37,746 nt of DNA, from positions 1 through 37,746 of IMG/VR virus record IMGVR_UViG_3300037478_000487; one strand, written 5' to 3'. The notes under the pieces are model-generated. The model worked only from the letters and a program-made list of their open reading frames with translations. It was not told the DNA's origin and ran no database searches. A program made the translations under genes and the position numbers. This DNA is from a virus. Its lineage: Duplodnaviria; Caudoviricetes. This document shows positions 16,201 through 24,860 of the stretch, piece after piece (the first letter of the stretch is position 1; every line of letters starts with the position of its first letter).

Positions 16201-16641
16201 TCAATCCTCGGTGACGTCGAGTGCGCCCACAGCGAACTCGGGCGTGATCCCCGGAGAGACGGCAAGCGACGCGTCGAGCGCTCCACTGTAGAGCAGCTTG
16301 CCCGCTCCTGACGACTCGGCGCCGACGCCGAAGTGCGTGATCGTGGGCGTGCCCGACGAGCACTCACCGAAGGTGATCGCGGCTGCGTTCTCGACAGCGT
16401 TAGCCGTCACCGTCCACCCCGAACCCGATCGCGCGACGGCGACCCGCGCGTACCCGGTGTATGTCGTCTCGTTCGTGTTCTGCGCGCCGGCCTCGCCAGG
16501 ATCCGACGTGTGCAACGAGACGTACAACGAGCCCGCGGCGGCGCTGTTCTGGATCCCAGCCGCGTCACCGATCAGCGCGATATCGATGTTGTTGAAGATC
16601 AGCAGCAGCAGATCGTTCTCGAACGTGTTGCTTTTGGACAT
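16201..16641 (-). CDS. Conserved phage tail-fibre-associated structural protein
   Basis: AAAGGTG RBS; SLYVSLHTSDPGEAG.Q.TNE..YTGYARVAV.RS and ITHFGVG...G.GKLLYSGAL motifs. Confidence 0.8.
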   Translation of the reverse strand: MSKSNTFENDLLLLIFNNIDIALIGDAAGIQNSAAAGSLYVSLHTSDPGEAGAQNTNETTYTGYARVAVARSGSGWTVTANAVENAAAITFGECSSGTPTITHFGVGAESSGAGKLLYSGALDASLAVSPGITPEFAVGALDVTED

Positions 16642-16683
16642 TGTTCATTCACCTTTCGTCGGCGCTCACGGTCGGCGCCTCCA

Positions 16684-17007
16684 TCAGCGTTCCCTCGGTG
16701 CGGCCGTCTCGTCCTCGCCGTCCGCCCGCTCCTCGCTCGTCACCGTGCGCGTCTCGTCCGCGCGCGGGATCCGCACCTGCTCACCTCGCACCGTCTCCGT
16801 GCGATCGACCACGCGATCGAGGCGGGGCTTGTACGGCACGGCGAAGGTGCCGTCGCGGAGCGGGATCGGGTGGGCCCACGTCGTGCGCGGGCGCGCCTCG
16901 ATCGTGCCGTCGGGGAGGCGCACGTCCTCGGACGGACCGCGCGCGGCGTCGATGGCGGCCACGAGGTCGCGCCCCTCCTGCTCCGTCGCATAGATCCACG
17001 CGTCCAT
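16684..17007 (-). CDS. Hypothetical protein (possible fibre assembly chaperone)
   Basis: ATG 17007 coupled to the upstream stop; TTWAHPIPLRDGTFAVP; follows a lectin-like fibre gene. Confidence 0.6.
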   Translation of the reverse strand: MDAWIYATEQEGRDLVAAIDAARGPSEDVRLPDGTIEARPRTTWAHPIPLRDGTFAVPYKPRLDRVVDRTETVRGEQVRIPRADETRTVTSEERADGEDETAAPRER

Positions 17008-18047
17008 CACGGCACCCCGAATCGGCCAGAGCAGTAAGCGACGAGGTGATCGATCGCGACGGAGTCGACAGACGGATCGAGCACCGCGAGCGCGATCGTC
17101 ACGTTCGCCTGCTGGCTTGCACCTGTCGTGTTGCCGAGGCTGATCCGTAACGGCGTCGGCATGCTCGTCTGCGCGGGGATGTCGGTGTCTGCCGCGGTCG
17201 CGCTGTCGAGGTACGCGCTCTGCGTCGGAACCGCGCCGTCGTACGTCCCGCCAACTAGCGCCTCCACGCCCTCGCCGAACTGGCCGGTCGTGGACGACAC
17301 GGTACCCGCGCCCGTGGACGCGGCTTGGTTCGCTGCCGTGGCGTCTGCGCCATTCTGGCGGAGCCGGAACGATGCCCCCGTGGCGAGGAAATATACCCAG
17401 ACGCCGTTGTTCACGCTGGCGGACTCGGCGCGCACGAGCGCCCAAAGTTGGATCGTGTCGAGCGTGCTCAGACCAATCGACGTGCTCGTCAGGATGTCGT
17501 CCGCACCATCGAACGTCATCGACGGTTCGCCGCCAAACCCAGAGTCACTCGCGTTATGGGTTGGTCGCGTGCCCAACCCTGCGGACGCGAGCGTCACGCC
17601 GCCGGGCCCTTGGTCCGCGATACTCTCAACCGTCGTATCGCCGTCCTCCAGCGTCACGCCAACGTCCGGGTCCCACACGTCCCGGAAATGCGTGTCGAGG
17701 TAGTAGGACACGGCGTTGCTGGCGGCCGAATCTGATCCGGCGCCATTCGTCACCGTGGCCTCGACGTCGACCACGAGCAGTCGCTCACCGAGCGCAGGAG
17801 TGATGTCCGCCCCCACTCCGACGTGCGCCTCGATCGTCGCCTCGCTCACGTCGGTTAGGCCGGCGACCGGGACGCCGTCGCGCCGCAGCGTGTACGTGAT
17901 CGTGCCCGGCGAACCTGTGTAGGTCGGAGGTGTCACCGCTGGCGAGCTGCCGATCGTCACGTCCCACGTGAGCACGGGCGCGACGGTGATCGTCGGCGCG
18001 ATCACGCGCCGCTGCGCGATCGAGTACGCGGGATAGAGCGGCCTCAC
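17007..18047 (-). CDS. Ig-like + LamG/ConA-like adhesin (candidate receptor-binding protein)
   Basis: APTITVAPVL...TYTGSPGTITYTLRRDGVPV Ig-like pattern; WDPDVGVT..VESIADQ..RPT..GGEPSMTFDGADD and terminal VAYCSGRFG LamG-like pattern. Confidence 0.65.
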   Translation of the reverse strand: MRPLYPAYSIAQRRVIAPTITVAPVLTWDVTIGSSPAVTPPTYTGSPGTITYTLRRDGVPVAGLTDVSEATIEAHVGVGADITPALGERLLVVDVEATVTNGAGSDSAASNAVSYYLDTHFRDVWDPDVGVTLEDGDTTVESIADQGPGGVTLASAGLGTRPTHNASDSGFGGEPSMTFDGADDILTSTSIGLSTLDTIQLWALVRAESASVNNGVWVYFLATGASFRLRQNGADATAANQAASTGAGTVSSTTGQFGEGVEALVGGTYDGAVPTQSAYLDSATAADTDIPAQTSMPTPLRISLGNTTGASQQANVTIALAVLDPSVDSVAIDHLVAYCSGRFGVP

Positions 18048-18048
18048 G

Positions 18049-19143
18049 TCACACGACCCACCAGTTTGATCCGTCGCAGACGAGGAGCCACGCCTTCACC
18101 GAATCCTCGTCGCTGCCGGGCAAGACGAAGTTCGCCGCCACGCCGTTGATCGATTCGGCGCCCGCGGGGTCGAGCGTGATGTCGTTCGCGGCGTTTCCGA
18201 CGCGTTGGATCAGCGTCCACGTGCGCGCGCCGACCGACGCCGGCGACGGGAGATCGATCTCGATCGACCCTCCTCCGGTGTCGAGAGTCAACACCTCGTG
18301 CGTCGAGAGGAGGGCGATCGGCGAGGCCGTATCGTCGAAGTCCGCTGCCGAGATCACCCCGCCGTCGTGCACGTGGTCCGAGCGCGCAACCGTCGTGTCG
18401 TCTCCGGTCGCGTTCGCGCGCGCGACCGCCGCGGGCGCAGGCGGGGCCGGGATGGCGTGCTCGTGGTCCGAACGCGCAAACGACTCGTCGTTGCCCTCGT
18501 TGCCGGCGGCGCCGATCGCGAGGGAGATCGGGGCGGCAGTCGCGAGCGGATCGGAGCCGAGGGGGAGGTGCGACGCGGCGTGGGTCGTATCTGCCGCGCC
18601 GATCTGCGCCACGTAGTCGGCAGCGCGCAGTAGCTCGCCGCTCAGCTTTCCGACCTTGGTCCCGACGACGCTCGCGATCTCGAGCCTCACGATCGCGTTC
18701 AGGCCGCCGCTCTGAAACGGCGTGTCCTCGTGCTCTGCGATCCCGATCAGGCCGCCGGCGCCGCTCCACACGAACGTCACCGGATCGGTCGTCTGGAGGA
18801 AGGCTGCCCGCCATCCATCCGGCAGTGAGTCCGGTACGGTGATCTCGCAGCCGGCGCCGTTCCGGCACGCGAAGAGCTTGCCGCGGTCCGCCGCGGTCAT
18901 GGTGCGCGTGGTGGTGTTGACGTCCACAACCTCCGGCAGCTCGAGCTCGTCCGTGCGCGTGTTGAGCGAGCCCTCGGTCCCGACATGTACGCCGGCCTCG
19001 TCGCAGACCGCGATCAGGAAGTCCTTGATCCGTTCCCACTCCGCGGCGGGCACCTGCGTGTCGATGTCGTCGATCGCGAGCGCGTCGGACTTCACGCGCC
19101 CGATCGAGGCGTCGACTTTCGTGGGTTGGCTGGTGAGCGGCAT
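18049..19143 (-). CDS. Tail fibre protein
   Basis: GAGGAG RBS; TMTAADRGK..ITVP unit, HAASH/ARSDHEH/ARSDHVH HxH motifs and a C-terminal DTGGG..IDLP...ING...LVCDGSNW domain. Confidence 0.75.
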   Translation of the reverse strand: MPLTSQPTKVDASIGRVKSDALAIDDIDTQVPAAEWERIKDFLIAVCDEAGVHVGTEGSLNTRTDELELPEVVDVNTTTRTMTAADRGKLFACRNGAGCEITVPDSLPDGWRAAFLQTTDPVTFVWSGAGGLIGIAEHEDTPFQSGGLNAIVRLEIASVVGTKVGKLSGELLRAADYVAQIGAADTTHAASHLPLGSDPLATAAPISLAIGAAGNEGNDESFARSDHEHAIPAPPAPAAVARANATGDDTTVARSDHVHDGGVISAADFDDTASPIALLSTHEVLTLDTGGGSIEIDLPSPASVGARTWTLIQRVGNAANDITLDPAGAESINGVAANFVLPGSDEDSVKAWLLVCDGSNWWVV

Positions 19144-19153
19144 CGTCGTCTCC

Positions 19154-19921
19154 TCAGAAGTTCCTCGGGCCGGGGTCGAACCAGTTGACGACGATCATCC
19201 GGATCTGGTCGCGGTTCGTGTCGGCGTCGTTGCCTGCGTTGACGTGGAGGTGCAACGTGGAGCCGGACGGTCCGCTCGCTCCCGCGCCCTCGATGGACGG
19301 GGCGACGAACACCGCGATCGTCCCGGTGTCAATGAACTGCTCGTCGGTCGAACCGTCGTCCGTCGAGGTCTCGAGCGGGCCGGTCCAGGAGACGACTCCC
19401 GTCGCCAGGTCGAGCGCACCCTCCGCGAGCCACAGCGTCATCCGGTTGCCGACGGTCGCGCGCTCTGCGCCGGGCTGCACCGCTACGCGAATGCGCGTGA
19501 TCGTCGCGCCCGTGGGAAACCGCGCGGACAGGTCGGCGACCCACCCCGCGAAGATCTGCCCGCTCTGGAGCACCTGCCCCTCGGTCGTCGGCGTCGAGAC
19601 GTTGATGACGCGCCACGGATCGATGCTCGCCGTCTCGTCGCCGGCACCGCTCATGCCGGCGAACCCGACGAACGGAGTGAGCACGGTGCATCGCTCTCGC
19701 CCGTCGTGGATGCCGCCGTCGTTGTATACGACGTCGCCGTCGTCGTTCGTGATCGACTCGAGCCACGCCGCCCAATCGGCGACCACGCCGACGATCCAAT
19801 TCGCCTTCCGCGCTGGCGTCCGAGCCCCTGGCGTGAACCCGTCGGCCTTCTCGCCGGCGCTCGGCTCGACGCGTGTGCCGCCGTCGGTCGCCCAGGTCGC
19901 GCTGTCTGTGGGTTGCGGCAT
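19154..19921 (-). CDS. Baseplate-proximal tail fibre protein
   Basis: N-terminal WAT.G..VEPS..EKADGF.PG..PARKANW fibre-anchor motif; follows the wedge genes. Confidence 0.75.
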   Translation of the reverse strand: MPQPTDSATWATDGGTRVEPSAGEKADGFTPGARTPARKANWIVGVVADWAAWLESITNDDGDVVYNDGGIHDGRERCTVLTPFVGFAGMSGAGDETASIDPWRVINVSTPTTEGQVLQSGQIFAGWVADLSARFPTGATITRIRVAVQPGAERATVGNRMTLWLAEGALDLATGVVSWTGPLETSTDDGSTDEQFIDTGTIAVFVAPSIEGAGASGPSGSTLHLHVNAGNDADTNRDQIRMIVVNWFDPGPRNF

Positions 19922-19924
19922 CGC

Positions 19925-20629
19925 TCAGCTCTCCGTGTAGATCTCGGCCCAGTAGCCGCCGAGGGTGGACCCGTCGTCCGCCCAACCGCGCAACGTGTCC
20001 GCCTGGTCGGCGTCGGCGTCCGCCCAGGTGAACGTCTCCGCGAGCGCCTCGATCGGATACTCGAGGTCGAGCCGCACAGCGGCCGCGCGCGCGTAGTCGA
20101 GCAGCCAGAACACGTCCCCGGCGGCGAGGTCGGGCGCGCCCGGGAGCGGCTCGCCGAGTGAGTACACGACGGCCGCAGGCGGGTATTCGTAGACGTCGGT
20201 GAGCGTCACGTCGAGCCCGAGCGCGGCGACGATCCGCAAGAGCGCCGGCCGAGACCCGTCCGATCGGAGCGCGAGGATCCGGCCGCGAAGAACACGGCGG
20301 TACGCCTCGTCCTCCCATCCTTGACGCGGAAGATCGACGATGCTGCCGAGCGCATCGAGCTGCACGCCTACCGATGCCGCGAGCGAGCGCTCGGTGAGGC
20401 ATTGCCAGATCGCGTTGTGGAGATCCTGCACGCCGTCGAGGTACGCGCAGAGCGCCGCCTCGAGCCGTGGCCTGCCGCGGAACTGCGAGAGGAGCAGCTC
20501 CTTGCCCTGCTCACAGTGGCTCTCGATCCAGACGAGCTCCGTGCCCTCGATCTCGATCACGTCCGGCGTCGGCACGCAGCCGCCGAGGCTGAACGGGAAC
20601 GTCAACGGGAAGCCGCATGCGTCCGCCAT
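19925..20629 (-). CDS. Baseplate wedge subunit (DUF2612/gpI-like)
   Basis: LLSQFRGRPRL, SVGVQLDALGSIV..PR and DEAYRRVLRGRI motifs; follows baseplate J. Confidence 0.85.
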   Translation of the reverse strand: MADACGFPLTFPFSLGGCVPTPDVIEIEGTELVWIESHCEQGKELLLSQFRGRPRLEAALCAYLDGVQDLHNAIWQCLTERSLAASVGVQLDALGSIVDLPRQGWEDEAYRRVLRGRILALRSDGSRPALLRIVAALGLDVTLTDVYEYPPAAVVYSLGEPLPGAPDLAAGDVFWLLDYARAAAVRLDLEYPIEALAETFTWADADADQADTLRGWADDGSTLGGYWAEIYTES

Positions 20630-20632
20630 CGT

Positions 20633-21805
20633 CTACTCCGCCACCGTCACGTCGCCGGTCGAGATGCGCACGATCTCGTCGTACGCGGGATCGACGAGCG
20701 CGTTGTCCGGCGAGGGATCGTCCGGCTCTAGCGTCAGCAACGTGACCGCGACGATCCCCGGCACCTCGAGCAGCGCGCAGAGGAGCTGCGAGGCGTACGC
20801 GGTCTCGCCGACGACGTACTCGTCCCCGCGCGCCGCGACGGCGGCCTGTGCCTGCGCCTCCCACCCGGCGGCGACTCCGGCCTCGAGCACTACCGTCGCG
20901 TTCACGTAGACGCGGAGCGCCGTCGCGCGGCTGAAAGCGACGACGACCTCGTTTCCGGTGTCGTCGATCGCCGTCCCGCTCTCGACGACGCCGTGCGCGA
21001 GGATCCCGTCGGGCTTGCTGTCGAGGATCGCCTGCGCGATCTCGTCATCGTCCGCGCCGGCGGGGTCGCCGTCCCACACGATGACCTCGAGGCTCTTGCC
21101 GGGCCGGCCGTCGCCATCGGTCACGAGGGAGGTGTTCTCCTGCACCTGCACCTCGAGGACGTCGTCGACCTTCGCGACCTGCGCACGGATCGCCCCGAGC
21201 GAACGGGAGCCCGGGCCGGCGAGCTCGACGCGGCGCTGCACGCGGAGATCGGCGTCACCCGCAATGTCGAGGCCCAGCTCGGTATCGGCCACGTTGGTGA
21301 TCGAGTTCCAGCCGGACGCCGGCGTCACGATCAGGATGAGCGTTCCGGCGGGAGCAGCTACGGGGCCTGTCGCGATCGATTCGAGCTCGACGTCGACGTC
21401 GGCAGGTGTACCGCCGCCGTTGGTCGCATCCGCGATCGTCCGGAACTGCGCGTCGGGATCGCCGTCGACAGCTGCAATCGCGCCTGCCGCCAGCGTCACG
21501 CCGGCGTTGAGGTTCACGGACGCGACGACCCGCGATCGCGTGGCTGCGCGTCTCGTCGTGCCAGTGAGCTCGGCGATCTGATCGAGCAGCACGCCGCTCG
21601 CGTCCGAGCTGAACCCCGAGTACACCGCCTGCAGCGACTCCCACGCGAGCGCGAGCTCCTCGCTCAGGATCCCGACGAGTTGATGGAGCGGGCCCGCGCG
21701 CACGTTCGCGCCCGGCAGCGCGATCGCGAGCTTCTCCTCGAGGATCTCCTGGATCTCGGGCTGCGTCCGGATCTCGAGGCCCTCTGCGGTGAGACCCGCC
21801 ATCAC
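20633..21805 (-). CDS. Baseplate J/gp47-family wedge protein
   Basis: AGLTAEG, ASGVLLDQIAELTG..RRAATRS, GPVAAPAGTL..IVTP.SGW and EIAQAI..KP.GI motifs. Confidence 0.92.
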   Translation of the reverse strand: MMAGLTAEGLEIRTQPEIQEILEEKLAIALPGANVRAGPLHQLVGILSEELALAWESLQAVYSGFSSDASGVLLDQIAELTGTTRRAATRSRVVASVNLNAGVTLAAGAIAAVDGDPDAQFRTIADATNGGGTPADVDVELESIATGPVAAPAGTLILIVTPASGWNSITNVADTELGLDIAGDADLRVQRRVELAGPGSRSLGAIRAQVAKVDDVLEVQVQENTSLVTDGDGRPGKSLEVIVWDGDPAGADDDEIAQAILDSKPDGILAHGVVESGTAIDDTGNEVVVAFSRATALRVYVNATVVLEAGVAAGWEAQAQAAVAARGDEYVVGETAYASQLLCALLEVPGIVAVTLLTLEPDDPSPDNALVDPAYDEIVRISTGDVTVAE

Positions 21806-22197
21806 CCACCCCCCACGGGCACGTCGTCGAGATCGAGCGTCTCGCCGTTCTCCGCGAGGACCTCGATGGAGACCGTCGCGAACCGCGTCACGCCGTCGAG
21901 ATCAATCTCGATCGAGGGCACGCTCACGACGCCGGGCACCGCCTCGATTTCGGCGCGGAGCACGGATCGGATCGTCGCCACGCTCACGCCCTTACCGAGG
22001 AGCTGCTCGAGGTACGGCACGCCCTGGCGAAGGTCGAGGAACCACTCGGCGCGCCACCAGAGCAGGCGCACGCGGATCTCCTGCTCGAGCGCCTCGATAC
22101 CCTCGACGAGCACAACGTCGGTTCCGTCGAGCCGCAGATCGCCGGCGATCGGATTCTGCGCGTCCGTCTCCCTGACGAGTGCGAGGTCGACGGTCAC
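21802..22197 (-). CDS. Baseplate gp25-like sheath initiator
   Basis: QEIRVRL...RAEWFLDLRQGVPY...LGK and I..VPGVVSV motifs. Confidence 0.85.
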   Translation of the reverse strand: MTVDLALVRETDAQNPIAGDLRLDGTDVVLVEGIEALEQEIRVRLLWWRAEWFLDLRQGVPYLEQLLGKGVSVATIRSVLRAEIEAVPGVVSVPSIEIDLDGVTRFATVSIEVLAENGETLDLDDVPVGGG

Positions 22198-22901
22198 AGC
22201 GCCTTCACCTTCGTGGCGGCGACGCTCGCTGGAACGTACGGCGTCCCGAACGTGACGGTGCCGCCGCCAACAGGGGCTGACCCCGTGCCGAGCGTCGTCT
22301 GGATCTTCGCGAGCTCGGCGGCGACGAGTGACGCGAGCGCGACGAAGTCCGACGCCGACTCGGTGCCGAGCTTGATGTCGAATGGACCGATGCGGACCGT
22401 GAGCACCGGGATGGCCGGCTCGCCAATGCCGCTGAACTGTTTACCGATCACGAGCTTGTCGATCGGGGTGTCGTTGAGCGGCTCCGTCCGCGGGTAGACG
22501 CCGGGGATCGCGACGGCGTGCGCGAGGTGATGTGCCCGGCGGTCGACCGGATCGGAGAGCTCGCCCGTCTGACGCCAGCGGGCGAGGTCGCGCTCGCAGC
22601 ACACGAGCAGCACCGTGTCTCCTGGCGCGAGCGGCATGTGCAGGAACCAGTCTCCCGCTCGTGGCCACACGACCGGCACGGCCCGAATCGTTGGCATCGG
22701 CTCCGCGAGCGTCCCGCCGTCGGCCCTCGGCACGGCGCGCCGGATCAGCGGCGTGACGTCGGCCACCTGCGCGGCCGCGTCGTAGCTCTCGATGCGGCCC
22801 GGAAGCGCCGTGTGCAGCTCCTCCTCGCGTGCGTCGAGGAGTCGCTCGAGCGCGTCCTCGAGCGAGACGTCGTCCGCGTCGTTTTCGAGCTCGTCGGTCA
22901 T
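22194..22901 (-). CDS. Baseplate spike (Gp138-like membrane-puncturing protein)
   Basis: LHTALPGRIESYD, VPVVWPRAG, PGDTVLLVCCERDL..W and RAHHLAHAVAIPG motifs. Confidence 0.85.
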   Translation of the reverse strand: MTDELENDADDVSLEDALERLLDAREEELHTALPGRIESYDAAAQVADVTPLIRRAVPRADGGTLAEPMPTIRAVPVVWPRAGDWFLHMPLAPGDTVLLVCCERDLARWRQTGELSDPVDRRAHHLAHAVAIPGVYPRTEPLNDTPIDKLVIGKQFSGIGEPAIPVLTVRIGPFDIKLGTESASDFVALASLVAAELAKIQTTLGTGSAPVGGGTVTFGTPYVPASVAATKVKAL

Positions 22902-23806
22902 GCCGCGAGCCCTCCGATCCCGCCGCCGGCCGACGCTGCCGGTTGCCGCGGCGCCACGGCTCCGACGGGCTCGAGCTCGCAGTGCGCGTGCCACTCGTTC
23001 GTGTGCGAGTCGCCGCGGTAGGTCACCGAGCGGCACACGTACTGACCGCTCGCGCGTTCGCTCTCGAGCTGCACACGACGGCCGGGCCAGAGGTCGGGCG
23101 TGAGGAGGGCGAGCGCCTTGACGCGGCCGCGCGTTCCGATCTCGGCGCTCCCGACGAGACCAGTCTCCGGCGCGAGCCGCACGATCTGCGTCTGCAGCGC
23201 GGCGCCCCGCCGGAGCACCTGCACGCTCCCGTGCTGGACGCTCCACCCGAGGCCGAGCCCGCGAAGGATCCGCGTGAGCTCGCGCGACGCCTGCCCCGAG
23301 AGCACGGTCCCCTCGGGGTACACGTCGCCGCCCGCCTCGAGCCGAGCAACCGTAGCCGCTTCGGCGACGTTGCCCGTGCCGAGTCCCAGAGCGTCGGCGC
23401 ACGCGCGAAGAACGGTGGCGACGCGCACGCCCGGACCGAATGACTGCTCGACTCGCGCGCGCTGGTACGCACGACCCCCGTCTCGCGCCTCGATCGTCGT
23501 CACGGCCTCGACGCCTGAGAGCTGCGTGTGAATCGATGGAGGGTTCGAACCGCGTGCGCGGAAGAGCTCGCCCCGGAACACCGTCTCGAGGCCGCGGTCA
23601 TTCCGATAGCCGACGTCGAGGATCACCTGAGCGACCGTCGCGCGTTCGATCTGTGCCTGGTGATCCCGCGTGAGGTTGAAGAGCCGGACCGTCGCCTTGT
23701 TCGGTTGCGGTCGCGTCGTCCTTTCGATCTCGAAGGCCACGCGGAGCGGTGCCGCCACACGGAGCGTCCCCACGGTCACGCGCCAATCGCGGATGAACAG
23801 CGTCAC
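22898..23806 (-). CDS. Baseplate hub protein
   Basis: FEIERT...PNKATVRLFNL, LDVGY, WSVQHG and ETGLVGS motifs; start GTG 23806. Confidence 0.85.
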   Translation of the reverse strand: MTLFIRDWRVTVGTLRVAAPLRVAFEIERTTRPQPNKATVRLFNLTRDHQAQIERATVAQVILDVGYRNDRGLETVFRGELFRARGSNPPSIHTQLSGVEAVTTIEARDGGRAYQRARVEQSFGPGVRVATVLRACADALGLGTGNVAEAATVARLEAGGDVYPEGTVLSGQASRELTRILRGLGLGWSVQHGSVQVLRRGAALQTQIVRLAPETGLVGSAEIGTRGRVKALALLTPDLWPGRRVQLESERASGQYVCRSVTYRGDSHTNEWHAHCELEPVGAVAPRQPAASAGGGIGGLAA

Positions 23807-24150
23807 GCGCCGAGCTCCGTCGGGGTCGAGCTCTGCGTGTCGCGGTAGAGGAGCTGGACGACGTCGCCGAGCTCGTCGAGACGGGGGTCCGCCGGCGTCT
23901 CCCGACCGTCCGCGGCGAGGAGCTCCCCGGGTGGGACGCCGGCGACGCCACGACGCGCGAGAAGGATCGGCCAGTTGACGACGATCTTCATCGGTCCGCA
24001 GATCAGCGCCGCGTTCCGGTCGCGGAGCGTGAGGTACCACTGCGCCTCGCGCTCGGACCAGTGCAGCTCGAGCACGTACTCGACCCCGTCGAGATGCGTG
24101 CGCTGCCGCTGGTGAGGTACGCCGGACGCGACGGGGATCACGTGATCCAT
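23803..24150 (-). CDS. Baseplate plug-like protein
   Basis: Q.THLDGVEYVLELHWSERE.QWYL motif; conserved position. Confidence 0.8.
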   Translation of the reverse strand: MDHVIPVASGVPHQRQRTHLDGVEYVLELHWSEREAQWYLTLRDRNAALICGPMKIVVNWPILLARRGVAGVPPGELLAADGRETPADPRLDELGDVVQLLYRDTQSSTPTELGA

Positions 24151-24860
24151 CAGGAGCCCCCGAGCGCATCGAGGGCGCGGCTCAGGAGCGACTGCCGCTG
24201 CGGCGGTGCCTCCTCGGTCTCGACCGATCCGCGATCCTCGGTGCGTCGATCCCGCGGCCGCGCCGGAAGCGGATCGTCGACGAGCTCGGTCGACACCATC
24301 CGGATCTCGGCGAACGTGAGATCCGCACTGAGCCAGCTCCCGTCCTTCGCGCTGCGGTCGGCGACGAGCTCGATCAATGCCATGTTCTCGTAGGTCTTGA
24401 ACTTCGTCGTGACCGTTGCGAGCAGGGCCTTGTCGCGCGCGAGCTCGAGCAGCGCCCAGGAGTCGGCGATCCTCGTCGGCTCCCGGTCGGGCGTGAAGAT
24501 GCTCATCCGCACCGCCGGCGGCGCCCGCTCCTCGGACACCGCCGCCTGCCACGTCGAGCCGTCTCGGCGTGCCGCCTCGATGCGTGCGAGCCAGCCCGTG
24601 GAGGATTGGAGCAGGCTGCTGAGCTCGACAGGTTGGACCGATCCGCCGAGCGCGGCCGTCGCGCGGATCGGCGTGTCGCTGATTACGACCTCGAGCGTGA
24701 GCAGGCGCCGCTCGGGCCGCACGTGGTCCGACGGCGATACGCCTCGCTCGACCTCGTGCTCGGTCGCCATCGACGCGGCCTGATGGCGTTCGCTCGGCGC
24801 CGCGTCGAGAACGAGCGGCAGGAGCTGGCCGCCGGGATCGTGGAAGACGATCTCGATCAC
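24150..24860 (-). CDS. Tail-tube initiator / Dit-like baseplate protein
   Basis: LDA...E.H...ATEHEVERG...SDH, VTT....YENM and LTFAEIR motifs; follows the tape measure gene. Confidence 0.8.
   Translation of the reverse strand: MIEIVFHDPGGQLLPLVLDAAPSERHQAASMATEHEVERGVSPSDHVRPERRLLTLEVVISDTPIRATAALGGSVQPVELSSLLQSSTGWLARIEAARRDGSTWQAAVSEERAPPAVRMSIFTPDREPTRIADSWALLELARDKALLATVTTKFKTYENMALIELVADRSAKDGSWLSADLTFAEIRMVSTELVDDPLPARPRDRRTEDRGSVETEEAPPQRQSLLSRALDALGGS

Noticed and set aside
14231-16291. 686-aa + strand ORF
   Set aside because: It is the antisense shadow of the repeat-rich fibre gene in GC-rich DNA, with low-complexity Pro/Ala/Ser sequence.
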